64,000 nt of DNA from Halarcobacter sp. (lineage in GTDB: Bacteria; Campylobacterota; Campylobacteria; Campylobacterales; Arcobacteraceae), in the NCBI GenBank assembly GCA_963676565.1, contig OY781089.1:2720001-2784000 (forward strand), in the 5' to 3' direction. Below the pieces are notes generated by a model. That model did not search any database and was not told where the DNA came from. It was given only the letters and a program-made list of their open reading frames with translations. Of this stretch, positions 30,632-39,907 are shown one piece after another; the first letter of the stretch is position 1, and every line of letters starts with the position of its first letter. The translations under genes were made by a program, and so were the position numbers.

Positions 30632-31288
30632 TTAGCTATTTGTTAGATTTTTGATTTTTTTTTGAACTAAATCAATAGAACTAATCAATGAAGATTTTTC
30701 CAAACCTTTTTGTGTGTGATAAGGTTTTAGTGTATATAAAAGATTTAATATTCCATGAAGTTTTCTAAGGTTTTCATCCTCAACTTTTGTAAATATCCAG
30801 TAAAGTTCCCATTGTGAACCAATTACCCAAGTATTTGAACAAACAAATTGAAGCTCCTCTTCATTTAAACTTATCATATATCCATATTTTGCTTGATGTA
30901 AAAATAGATCTTTTAACTCTTTGGCTTTTTCTAAAACTCTTTTCTCTATTGTTTCTTTTACTTTTGGATATGTTTTATATAAGTTACTAATCTCTAATCT
31001 TAAAAAGGCACATTTTTTTTCCAATTCCATTTGTGTTGAAAAAAGTGCGTAATAATCAAAGGGTAAATCAATGTCATCTTTAATAGAAGTTAAATGACTA
31101 CTAATAGATTCCATATAATTTTCATAAATGGCAATAATAATCTCTTCTTTATTTTTGAAATAGTAATACAAATTCCCAACACTAATACCTAAATCATCAG
31201 CTATATGTCTAGTTGAACTATTCATACAACCTTTTTCATTAAATAGTTTTGTTGCAGTTTTTAATATATCATCTCTTCTAGTTGACAA
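30632..31288 (-). CDS. TetR/AcrR-family regulator
   Basis: A.KLFNEKG..NSSTRHIADDLGISVGNLYYYFKNKEEI HTH motif. Confidence 0.92.
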   Translation of the reverse strand: MSTRRDDILKTATKLFNEKGCMNSSTRHIADDLGISVGNLYYYFKNKEEIIIAIYENYMESISSHLTSIKDDIDLPFDYYALFSTQMELEKKCAFLRLEISNLYKTYPKVKETIEKRVLEKAKELKDLFLHQAKYGYMISLNEEELQFVCSNTWVIGSQWELYWIFTKVEDENLRKLHGILNLLYTLKPYHTQKGLEKSSLISSIDLVQKKIKNLTNS

Positions 31289-31344
31289 TTTTTACCTTAA
31301 AATGAGAATTATTGGATTTTAGCTAGATGAAGGATAAAAGAAGA

Positions 31345-32370
31345 TTAATCTTCTTCTTTTATCATTTGTTTTAATACTCTTCTTGCAAGTTTTCCACCTG
31401 CATCAATGTCTAAACTTATCAGACTTCTATTTGGGAATTTCTCTAGATTTTTTTGTTGAAATTCTAAAACTTCCAAATCCTCTTCAAAAATACCACCCTG
31501 ACCTTTTAAAATATCTTGAGTTAATTGATCGTCTTCTGGCTTAAAACTTCTAGCCATCCCCCAAAAATACCACATAGAAGTTTCACTTTGTGGAGTCATA
31601 AAATCTACAACTGTACATCTAACTTTATCTTCTTTTGGTGCATCTTTACCACCTTTATCTTTTAAAGCTACTCCCACATCAATTAAAACTGCCCCTGGTG
31701 GTACAAATTTTGATTTTTGCCATCTATCAACTTTTTTTGTAGGGTCAAGTTTATTATGTTTCATACACATTTGCCAAAAAGGAGGTGCTTCAATGTCATT
31801 CATATATCTACTTGTTACCACAAAGCCATCTTCATAATCAGTAGTTACCGGACTTTCATCTATCTCTTCTTGACCGATGCTTGAACCATGAACATATTTT
31901 TCATGGGTTAAATCCATTAGATTATCAATCATAAATCTATAATCACATTTTATATCAAAAACTCCACCTGCATATGCCCACTCAGGATTATCATGCCATT
32001 CTAAATGTGGTATCAAAGATTCATCAGCTTTTTCTTTTTTACCTGGCCAAATCCAAATAAATCCATATTTTTCAACAACTGGAAAATATCCTAAACATGG
32101 TATCTTTTTAGGGTCTTGTCCAGGCATTTCAATAATTTTTCCCTTGCACCCAGCTTTTAAACCATGATATCCACAAACAAGGTCGCCATTTTCTATATAA
32201 CCTAAAGACATTGCCGCACCTCTATGGGTACAAAAATCTTCTAAGGCTACAACTTTACCCTCATTATTTCTATAAAAAACTATGTTGGAAAGACATACCT
32301 CTCTTGCAAAAGGTTTATCTTGAATCTCTTCTGATGTAGCTGCTACATACCATGCATTTTTTGGAAACAT
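31345..32370 (-). CDS. vanA: Rieske O-demethylase oxygenase subunit (vanillate monooxygenase-like)
   Basis: MFPKNAWYVA N-terminus, CTHRG...CGYHG Rieske ligands, DNLMDLTHE.YVH Fe site, WYFWGMAR and IDAGG. Start at ATG 32370. Confidence 0.9.
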   Translation of the reverse strand: MFPKNAWYVAATSEEIQDKPFAREVCLSNIVFYRNNEGKVVALEDFCTHRGAAMSLGYIENGDLVCGYHGLKAGCKGKIIEMPGQDPKKIPCLGYFPVVEKYGFIWIWPGKKEKADESLIPHLEWHDNPEWAYAGGVFDIKCDYRFMIDNLMDLTHEKYVHGSSIGQEEIDESPVTTDYEDGFVVTSRYMNDIEAPPFWQMCMKHNKLDPTKKVDRWQKSKFVPPGAVLIDVGVALKDKGGKDAPKEDKVRCTVVDFMTPQSETSMWYFWGMARSFKPEDDQLTQDILKGQGGIFEEDLEVLEFQQKNLEKFPNRSLISLDIDAGGKLARRVLKQMIKEED

Positions 32371-32372
32371 AT

Positions 32373-33086
32373 TTATCCTTTCAAATTTTTTTGATACCAT
32401 GAACTTATAGCTTTTGCAACAAGTTTAGGTTGTTCACATGGAGCCATATGACTCGCATTTTCAATTACTACTAAATCACTTTCGTTTAGATACTCTTGCA
32501 TCTTTTCATGTTGAGAAATGGGACTCCATTTATCTTCTGTAGCACTTAAAAGTAGAACAGGAACTTCTACATTAGGTAAAACTTCCCTAGCATCAGGTCT
32601 ATTTAGAAGTGCATTTATTTGTTTGCTAAACTCTTCTTTGTTATAAGTTCTAACCATACTTTCAAGTTTAGACATCAATTCTTTATTTGATAATCCTTGA
32701 TTACCCATCATTGGTGGAAGCCATTGTTTTAAAACTGAATCAATCCCTTCTTTATCAGCAAGATCAAGAAGCTTTTGTCTTCCAGGAACTTCTGCATCAC
32801 TTTTTGGATTAACACCTGTATTAAATAGTCCTAAACCTTTTACTCTTTTTGGGTCTTTATTATAAACCTCAAGGGCAACTCTTCCACCCATAGAGTGTCC
32901 TATTAAAATAAAGTTTTCAGGTGATCCAGCTAAAACCTTTTTTGCCATAGATTCAATAGAGTCATACCCTTTAAATGAAATCATAGTAATATCAAAACTA
33001 TCTTCTAACTCTTTTTGGATATCTTCCCAAACTGTTTTATCACATAAAAGTCCTGATAGAAATACAATTGAATCTTTAGATTTCAT
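32373..33086 (-). CDS. Alpha/beta-fold hydrolase
   Basis: GLLCD, nucleophile GHSMGG, ED and HMAPCEQP motifs. ATG 33086 follows an AGGA RBS. Confidence 0.88.
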   Translation of the reverse strand: MKSKDSIVFLSGLLCDKTVWEDIQKELEDSFDITMISFKGYDSIESMAKKVLAGSPENFILIGHSMGGRVALEVYNKDPKRVKGLGLFNTGVNPKSDAEVPGRQKLLDLADKEGIDSVLKQWLPPMMGNQGLSNKELMSKLESMVRTYNKEEFSKQINALLNRPDAREVLPNVEVPVLLLSATEDKWSPISQHEKMQEYLNESDLVVIENASHMAPCEQPKLVAKAISSWYQKNLKG

Positions 33087-33095
33087 AATCAAATC

Positions 33096-34136
33096 CTATT
33101 TTGTATTTGCATTAATAGCTTTTCTTGCTTCTTTTACAAGTTTTTCACCATCAATGCCTTTTTCTTTAACTTCATTAATCCACTTTTGAACAACTCTTTG
33201 ACCAGCTTGGTCAAACTCTTTCATCGATTCTTCACTTAATGCAGTAACATCTGAATCTTTTGAAGATTTTTGTTTTTCAATTCCTGGTTTTTCAAAATCC
33301 ATCCATAATTGACCAGCTTTTTTAACCATTTCCATATCTAAACTTTTTTCAACTATATCTTGTAAGTCTTTTGGCATAGAATTAAATTTATCTTTATTCA
33401 TTAGCATGATAAATACTGATGTTCCAAATCTAGAATCATTTGGTCCAACAATTGAATGTTTAGTTAAGTTATGAATTTTAAATGCAGGGAAAATCTCAAA
33501 AGGAACCAATGCTCCATCAACTGCATTTTTTGATAAAGCTTGAGGTAGTGTTGGTAATGGCATACCAACTGGTTCTGCACCAAACTCTTCAATTAACCAA
33601 CCTCCAGTTCTTGATGGAGTTCTTAGTTTTAATCCTTTTAAATCTTCAAGTGATTTAACCTCTTTTTGTGTTGTATGAATTGCATTACCAGCATGCACAT
33701 AAACTAACAAAGGTTTTACATCTTTATAATCATCTTTGATTAGATCAAACTTCTCTTTTATTGCAATTGATGTAGCTAAAGATGAACCTTGATGAACAGT
33801 TGGAAGTTCAAAAACCTCAGTTCTAGGAAAAACTCCTGGTGTATAACCAGCTAATGTCCAAATTATATCAACTGACCCATCTCTTGCTTGCTTGTAAAGT
33901 TCAGTGGGTTTTCCTCCAAGTGTCATTGAAGGGAATACTTCAACTTTAATTCTTCCATTAGACATCTCTTCAACTTTTTTAGCCCAAGGCATAAGTAACT
34001 TTGTATGAGTTGGAGCTTTTGGACTATGTAAATGATGTAAAATCAACTTAATAGGTTTTTCATTTGCATATAAACTACTTGCAAATACTGCAATCCCCAT
34101 AACCGTTCCTAAAATCTTCATCTTTATATTTGTCAT
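33096..34136 (-). CDS. dctP: TRAP transporter substrate-binding protein (orphan paralog 3)
   Basis: Same conserved DctP motifs; signal peptide. Confidence 0.9.
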   Translation of the reverse strand: MTNIKMKILGTVMGIAVFASSLYANEKPIKLILHHLHSPKAPTHTKLLMPWAKKVEEMSNGRIKVEVFPSMTLGGKPTELYKQARDGSVDIIWTLAGYTPGVFPRTEVFELPTVHQGSSLATSIAIKEKFDLIKDDYKDVKPLLVYVHAGNAIHTTQKEVKSLEDLKGLKLRTPSRTGGWLIEEFGAEPVGMPLPTLPQALSKNAVDGALVPFEIFPAFKIHNLTKHSIVGPNDSRFGTSVFIMLMNKDKFNSMPKDLQDIVEKSLDMEMVKKAGQLWMDFEKPGIEKQKSSKDSDVTALSEESMKEFDQAGQRVVQKWINEVKEKGIDGEKLVKEARKAINANTK

Positions 34137-34151
34137 CTTTTATCCTTTATT

Positions 34152-36020
34152 TTATAAGAATATATTTTTAAAATAATTCTCTAAATCATTAGTTGCATCT
34201 AATGGCAAGATATCTGCTATATGTTGGTCTGGTCTAACTATTAATATGCACCCTTTATCTTTGTCAACACCCCTTAAATCGAAAATATTCTCTCCTTCTT
34301 TATAATTTGGACAATATGCTTTTTCATAATCTTTTAATCCATATACACCAATAGCAGGTCTTAAAAGTGATGGAATCTCTTCAAACTCAATCTCTTGATG
34401 AACTTGTTGGAAGATTCCATATGTATCAATAACTGAATCTAAAGCATCACCTTTTTTAGTATGTTTTAAAATTGGTGAATTCGGATTATTTTCTAGATAA
34501 TCACAAAGTTTATAAACTGCTGAATTTTTATCGTTTGGATTTGATCTATCATTAAAAATATATAATTTAAATCTAGTATCAATTTTAATAGTCTCTAAAA
34601 GTTCTATCTTTTTGGCATCTGCTAATCTTATAACTGGTGCACTATGTAATCTTTCCCCTACTTCAAAACCACTTGCTAATATTTGATGAGTTCCTTTTCC
34701 TGTTAAAATTGATGGCTGATATTTAACTGTTAAACCAGCAGTGAATCTTCCACCTTCAATAAAGTGACTTTTTACATTTACTGCTTTGTTATCAATAGGA
34801 GCACTCATAACTCTTGCCCATTTATGGTCATAATCAATTAAACCTTGTGCAGCTAATTGTCTTTCATCTGAATATGTATGTAATAATGAAGCATCACATT
34901 TACCTAATAAAACAGAAGCTAGTTTCCATCCTAAGTTAAATGTATCACCCATAGAAACATTCATACCTTGACCTGCCTTTGCACTATGAGTGTGGCAAGC
35001 ATCTCCTGCAATAAAAACATGGGGATTAGAATCACCTGTTAAATTTGCTTCAACATCATCAAATCTATCTGTTACACTATGACCAACTTCATATACAGAC
35101 CACCATGCAGTTTCTTGAACATCAAAAGAATAAGGAGCAAAAATTTCACTTGCAGCTTCTTTTAATCTATCTAAAGTGATTTTTTTACTATCTCCTCTAT
35201 TTTCTAATTTATCAAGTTCAACATATATTCTTGTTAGTTGTCCACCTTCTCTTGGAATTAAAAGAATATTTCCTTTCGAAGATTTGATAATATTTTTAAA
35301 TCTTAAATCAGGAAAATTGGTTTTAACTAAAACATCCATAACTCCCCATGCTTGACCTTCTCTATCCCCATGAAGTTCTCCACCAATTGCACTTCTTACT
35401 ATACTTCTTGCACCATCACAACCAGCTAGGTATTTAGTTTTTACAGTTTTTTCTTCCCCCTTACAATCAATAGTAACAACTACTGGATACTCTCTATCGC
35501 TTTTATCAAAATCAACAGAAACTAAAGAATGAGAATAATCTACTTCTAATCTTGTTGGAGAGTTTTTCATAACTTCCATGTATAAATCATGGATTCGACC
35601 TTGGTTAAGTACGGTATGAGGCATGTAAGAGATACCATCTTTTACATCTTGCACCTTAGCATCTCTAATAATTTTATTAGAGTTACTTGAATCAGGTTTC
35701 CAAAAATGAGTCTCATTTACCCAATATGCTTCTTTTAAAACTTTTTCGGCAAATCCAAATGCTTCAAACATCTCCATAGACCTACAAGATACACCATCAG
35801 CTTGACCTAGATACATAGGTTCATCTTTTCGCTCAACTAATCTAGTTTTAATCTCTGGAAACTGAGCTAACTGTGCAGCTAAAGTTAATCCCGCAGGACC
35901 TGAACCAATTATTAAAACATCCAATTTTTCTGGAAGTTCACCTTGCTCTCCTTCAAACCCTTTTGCTACTTTTTGAATCTCTGGATTTCCTCTATGAAAA
36001 CCGTTTACATGAAATTGCAT
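34152..36020 (-). CDS. mobA: 3-Hydroxybenzoate 4-monooxygenase (phenol 2-monooxygenase family)
   Basis: MQFHVNGF..GNP N-terminus as recalled for Comamonas MobA; GQADG, GCDGARS, AGDACHTHS.KAGQGMN and C-terminal VRPDQH. Start 36020. Confidence 0.88.
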   Translation of the reverse strand: MQFHVNGFHRGNPEIQKVAKGFEGEQGELPEKLDVLIIGSGPAGLTLAAQLAQFPEIKTRLVERKDEPMYLGQADGVSCRSMEMFEAFGFAEKVLKEAYWVNETHFWKPDSSNSNKIIRDAKVQDVKDGISYMPHTVLNQGRIHDLYMEVMKNSPTRLEVDYSHSLVSVDFDKSDREYPVVVTIDCKGEEKTVKTKYLAGCDGARSIVRSAIGGELHGDREGQAWGVMDVLVKTNFPDLRFKNIIKSSKGNILLIPREGGQLTRIYVELDKLENRGDSKKITLDRLKEAASEIFAPYSFDVQETAWWSVYEVGHSVTDRFDDVEANLTGDSNPHVFIAGDACHTHSAKAGQGMNVSMGDTFNLGWKLASVLLGKCDASLLHTYSDERQLAAQGLIDYDHKWARVMSAPIDNKAVNVKSHFIEGGRFTAGLTVKYQPSILTGKGTHQILASGFEVGERLHSAPVIRLADAKKIELLETIKIDTRFKLYIFNDRSNPNDKNSAVYKLCDYLENNPNSPILKHTKKGDALDSVIDTYGIFQQVHQEIEFEEIPSLLRPAIGVYGLKDYEKAYCPNYKEGENIFDLRGVDKDKGCILIVRPDQHIADILPLDATNDLENYFKNIFL

Positions 36021-36027
36021 TATCTTC

Positions 36028-36145
36028 TCCCTTTTAAAATGTCCCATGTTAAAAGGGACTCTACTTTTTTAACTACTTTTATCCGATTGAGTAAATCAAT
36101 CGTAAAGTAGCAAACCCTAAAGAAGGCAACGAGTTACCTTTCTTT
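36028..36145 (-). promoter_or_regulatory. Structured 5' leader of mobA, including SD-occluding GGA-loop hairpin (copy 2)
   Basis: Stems at 36119-36145, 36073-36110 (CGATTGA/TCAATCG) and 36028-36058 (TCCCTTTTAA/TTAAAAGGGA). Confidence 0.55.
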
Positions 36146-36147
36146 TT

Positions 36148-36249
36148 TGTTGTATATACAACACGTTATGAAAATACTAACATCTTAAATTTTAAAGTAC
36201 GCTTAACGAACATAAGTTCTTTTTAAGGAAAAATAGCATCAACATAGCA
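36148..36249 (-). promoter_or_regulatory. Modular promoter copy 2 (mobA operon) with MarR-type operator
   Basis: Perfect palindrome TGTTGTATATACAACA 36148-36163; extended -10 TGtTAGTAT 36174-36182; box GTACGCTTAACGAAC 36197-36211; TAGCA-N6-TAGCA 36234-36249. Confidence 0.75.
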
Positions 36250-36325
36250 TTTTTAGAATTAAACAAAGAACTTTAATTTCTTTTAAGAATGTATATGTAA
36301 AAGTTTCGTTTTTAAAAGGATTTTA

Positions 36326-36748
36326 ATGACATCAAAATTAGGCAAATCTGTTGGTATTGTTGTAACAAATACTGCAGTTTTATTAAATAGTTCTATAAAC
36401 AAAAAACTTCAACCATTTGGTATAGCAATAGAACAAAGAGCAATACTAGAGATAATTATGAATAAAGGTAGTTTAAAACAATCAGAATTGACAACTATTT
36501 TATGTAGAGATAGAACGACAATATCTAGGACACTTAAAACTTTAGAAAACAAAGACTATATAAAAAAAGAAAAAATAGATAATAAAGTGTTTATTATTAG
36601 ATTAAGTGAAAAAGGTATTGATGTTATGGAAAAAACTCAAGATATAGTAAATGAATTTAGAAGTAAAATTTTATCAAATTTCACAGAAGAAGAGATTGAG
36701 AATTTATACACATATTTAGAAAAGATTCAAGATATTGTAAAAGAATAA
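36326..36748 (+). CDS. MarR-family regulator divergent from mobA (MobR-like position)
   Basis: LQPFGIAIEQ..IL, QSEL...L.RDRTTISRTLKTLE and LSEKG motifs. Confidence 0.88.
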   Translation: MTSKLGKSVGIVVTNTAVLLNSSINKKLQPFGIAIEQRAILEIIMNKGSLKQSELTTILCRDRTTISRTLKTLENKDYIKKEKIDNKVFIIRLSEKGIDVMEKTQDIVNEFRSKILSNFTEEEIENLYTYLEKIQDIVKE

Positions 36749-36775
36749 AGACAAGAAGACTTGTCCTATTCTTTT
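36739..36775. terminator. Bidirectional terminator
   Basis: AAAAGAATA..GACAAG-AAGA-CTTGTC.TATTCTTTT between convergent genes. Confidence 0.65.
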
Positions 36776-36783
36776 ATTAGATA

Positions 36784-38091
36784 CTAAAATTTATAAGTTA
36801 AATATAGTTTAGCTATATCCATAGTATCATCATCATTTGCTGGTAAATCTAAATCAACATGAGCTAATTGTAATCTTGCAGATAAACCATCTAATGCACC
36901 TTTAAATTTATATCTTAAATCAGCTTGGATTTCAGATGCTCCATCCATATTAGTCCCAGATACTATTTGTCCCTTTTCACTTTGAGAATATGAAGAGAAT
37001 GCAAATAATGTAAATACATTAGGAATAATTTTTGGAATAACCATTAAAGAAGTTGAAGTCATACCTGCATAAATGTTATCTGTAAACATTTGTCCACCAT
37101 TATATTTAAAGAAATGTGGAACATGTCCTAAGGCACCTAAGAAAGAGTTATCATCAGATACTTTTGTATATGCAATTTTAAATGCTGTATCAAATACTTT
37201 ACCACCTAGTTTTACTCCATACAATGTTGTTTCACCTTTTCCACCATTTGTTGTTTCATTTGTTGCTCCAATTGCTACATCACCATCATAATCTGTTCCT
37301 GCATAATATGCTCCAATTGATAAAGGCATATCTACTGGTAATTTATAATCACCTTGTACAAAATATGTAGAATATGAATCATTAGTTGCTCTTGGTGCAT
37401 CTAAAGGATTTCCAATATCATCATTTACTGCTAAATATTGACCTTCTAAAGTCAAATTTGGAATTGATGTATTTTTTACATATAAAGATAATGTTGGATC
37501 ACTAAAATGTGTTTTTCTTGCATCATTAGTTGTATTATATCTTTCAATCCAATCTTTAATTACATATGCTCTAATCTCTGTATTTCCAATATCTTTAGAA
37601 ACTACAGATAAAGCATGAAATGTATCTTTTAATGGATTTGAGTTTGATACTGCAATTAAAGGAGTAACAATACCTTGTCTACCAACTTTTACTTCAGTTT
37701 GTGCAAAATTATATTGTAAGTTTGCAATATATAACATTGATCCTTCTTGAGTAATTCTTCCTTCACCCTCTTGATTCCATGGAGCACCTGTTCCTTCTGC
37801 ACCTGATTGCTCTATTTCTAAGCTTCTTGCATGTTGAAAACCAACATTTGCTTTAAACCCATAAAAATCACCTGTAGTGTAGTTTAATTGTAAAGCTACT
37901 GCTGAAGAGTTAGCATTTCTGTATGGTCCTACTAAAGTTGAATTAACATCAGAAGCCATAACTGTCATATTTCTAATCTCACCAGAAACTTTTCCCCCTG
38001 ATAATGCTTCTACTAAAGAACCTGCGTTTGCACTTATCCCTAATGCACTAACTGCTGCTAATGCTAAACTTACTTTTTTAACGTTGAACAT
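36784..38091 (-). CDS. Outer membrane porin (OprD/Campylobacterota MOMP-like)
   Basis: Signal peptide; SLVEAL..GKVSGEIR and KVGRQ.I.TP motifs; C-terminal YLTYKF. Start at ATG 38091. Confidence 0.82.
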   Translation of the reverse strand: MFNVKKVSLALAAVSALGISANAGSLVEALSGGKVSGEIRNMTVMASDVNSTLVGPYRNANSSAVALQLNYTTGDFYGFKANVGFQHARSLEIEQSGAEGTGAPWNQEGEGRITQEGSMLYIANLQYNFAQTEVKVGRQGIVTPLIAVSNSNPLKDTFHALSVVSKDIGNTEIRAYVIKDWIERYNTTNDARKTHFSDPTLSLYVKNTSIPNLTLEGQYLAVNDDIGNPLDAPRATNDSYSTYFVQGDYKLPVDMPLSIGAYYAGTDYDGDVAIGATNETTNGGKGETTLYGVKLGGKVFDTAFKIAYTKVSDDNSFLGALGHVPHFFKYNGGQMFTDNIYAGMTSTSLMVIPKIIPNVFTLFAFSSYSQSEKGQIVSGTNMDGASEIQADLRYKFKGALDGLSARLQLAHVDLDLPANDDDTMDIAKLYLTYKF

Positions 38092-38115
38092 AAAATTTCC
38101 CCTTGTTTTATTTTT

Positions 38116-38208
38116 TGAACACTTGTTCGATAACTTTAACAATAGTTTTTTTAAAGTTCGCTTAACGGACATAAGTTCTTTTTAAGTAAACATAGCATTT
38201 ACGTAGCA
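38116..38208 (-). promoter_or_regulatory. Modular promoter copy 3 (porin)
   Basis: TGAACACTTGTTCG 38116-38129; -10 TAAAGT 38133-38138 with upstream TG; box GTTCGCTTAACGGAC 38156-38170; TAGCA-N6-TAGCA 38193-38208. Confidence 0.75.
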
Positions 38209-38468
38209 TTTTAAATAAAATGATATTATTTACTATTTTTTCAATAATTTAGTAATTCAAAAAACAGCATAAAAGCCCATATTTTAGGGTATTATAAATA
38301 GAGTTGATTGAAAAAAAATGTTAGTTTTTATTTTTTTAATTTTTGATTTTTTTTGATAAATTTAAAGATTTTTTTGGAAAAACAAACAAGTGTTCGTTTT
38401 ATTTTTGAAGTTTTTTTATAATAATACTTAATATTAGTATTATTTTATCTCATTTTTGTTTATTATTT

Positions 38469-38500
38469 ACAGTATAAGTTTAAACATAAACTTATACTGT
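38469..38500 (-). terminator. Hairpin downstream of dctM
   Basis: Perfect 14-bp stem ACAGTATAAGTTTA-AACA-TAAACTTATACTGT. Confidence 0.6.
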
Positions 38501-38509
38501 TCTAAATAT

Positions 38510-39907
38510 CTATCCAGCTAAAAAATGTGGCATGAATAATACTATCATAGGTAATAGCAATAAAACTCCAATTCTCACTATTTCTGCTAGTAAAAATGGA
38601 ATAACTCCAATAAATGTCTCATTCATTGGTACATTTTTTGCTACTTTTGAAATAATGAATACATTTAAACCAACAGGAGGTGTAATAAGACCTAATTCAA
38701 CGGATATGAGGGCAAGAATCCCAAACCATATTTTTAAATCTTCATTGTCCATTCCAAAACCAGCAGTTGATGCTGTTACGTACTCCCCACCATTTAGTGT
38801 GATTAATACAGGCCATATAAATGGAATAACGACAAGAATCATTGCCATTGAATCCATGAAAAATCCAAGAATCAAAAATATTAATAAGATCAATATTAAT
38901 ATAAGCCAAACATTCATATCAAGTGTTGATGTCCACTCTGCGATTCCTTGAGGAAGACCAGATCTTGTAAAAAAACCTTTTAAAACTTCTGCTCCAAACA
39001 AAATGAAATAAATCATTGCACTTGTAACACCAGTTTCTAAAATACTCGTTTTTAATCTTGAAATAGTTAAGCCTTCACCTTTACCCTTTTTAATTCTTAA
39101 ATATACTCCATACATTGCAATAATAAAAACACCAGCAGCAGCTGCTGGAGTAGGAGTAAATAATCCTAAGCCAAGACCTAGAATAATTGAACCAAAGGTT
39201 AAAACAACGGGAACTAATCCCCTTAGTGCTTTATTTCTTTCCTCTTTACTTAATGGTTTTGAAAGAGGTGCTAATTCAGGTTTTAATCTAACTTGAATAA
39301 CAATTACCATAATAAAAAACAATACTGCTAATAAACCTGGCAAGATTGCTGCTTGGAACATCTCAATAATTGAAGCCTCAACTACAATTGAATATAAAAT
39401 TAAAGCAATTGATGGTGGAATTAATATTCCAAGTGTTCCACCTGCTGCTAATGTTCCAGTTGCAAGTCTAGGAGAATAATTAAGTTTCTCTAATTCTGGT
39501 AATGCAATTTTTCCCATTGTAGATGCTGTTGCTAATGATGAACCAGAAACTGCTCCAAAACCTGCACAAGCTCCAATTGATGTGATTGCAACTCCACCTT
39601 TAAATCTACCAAGTATTGCGTTCATTCCTGCAAATAAATCTTTTGCAAGCCCAGTATAGTTTGCTAGATATCCCATTAGGATAAATAAAGGGATAACAGA
39701 TAGATTATAATTTGCTAAATTTTCCCATAATAAACTTTTGTATTGCATAATATATGGTTCAAATCTAATATAAGAAATATTTACTGATAATACGTAAGTT
39801 CCTATAATACCAGTAAAAGCCATGGCAAAAGCAACTCTAGCTTTTAATATTAAAAGTAAGAAAAATAAGGCTAAGCCTAATAAACCAATTAATTCTTTCT
39901 CAGCCAT
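38510..39907 (-). CDS. dctM: TRAP transporter large permease
   Basis: IPLFILMG, GAVSGSSLATA, GGTLGILIPPS and GLITPPVGLNVF motifs. Confidence 0.95.
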   Translation of the reverse strand: MAEKELIGLLGLALFFLLLILKARVAFAMAFTGIIGTYVLSVNISYIRFEPYIMQYKSLLWENLANYNLSVIPLFILMGYLANYTGLAKDLFAGMNAILGRFKGGVAITSIGACAGFGAVSGSSLATASTMGKIALPELEKLNYSPRLATGTLAAGGTLGILIPPSIALILYSIVVEASIIEMFQAAILPGLLAVLFFIMVIVIQVRLKPELAPLSKPLSKEERNKALRGLVPVVLTFGSIILGLGLGLFTPTPAAAAGVFIIAMYGVYLRIKKGKGEGLTISRLKTSILETGVTSAMIYFILFGAEVLKGFFTRSGLPQGIAEWTSTLDMNVWLILILILLIFLILGFFMDSMAMILVVIPFIWPVLITLNGGEYVTASTAGFGMDNEDLKIWFGILALISVELGLITPPVGLNVFIISKVAKNVPMNETFIGVIPFLLAEIVRIGVLLLLPMIVLFMPHFLAG

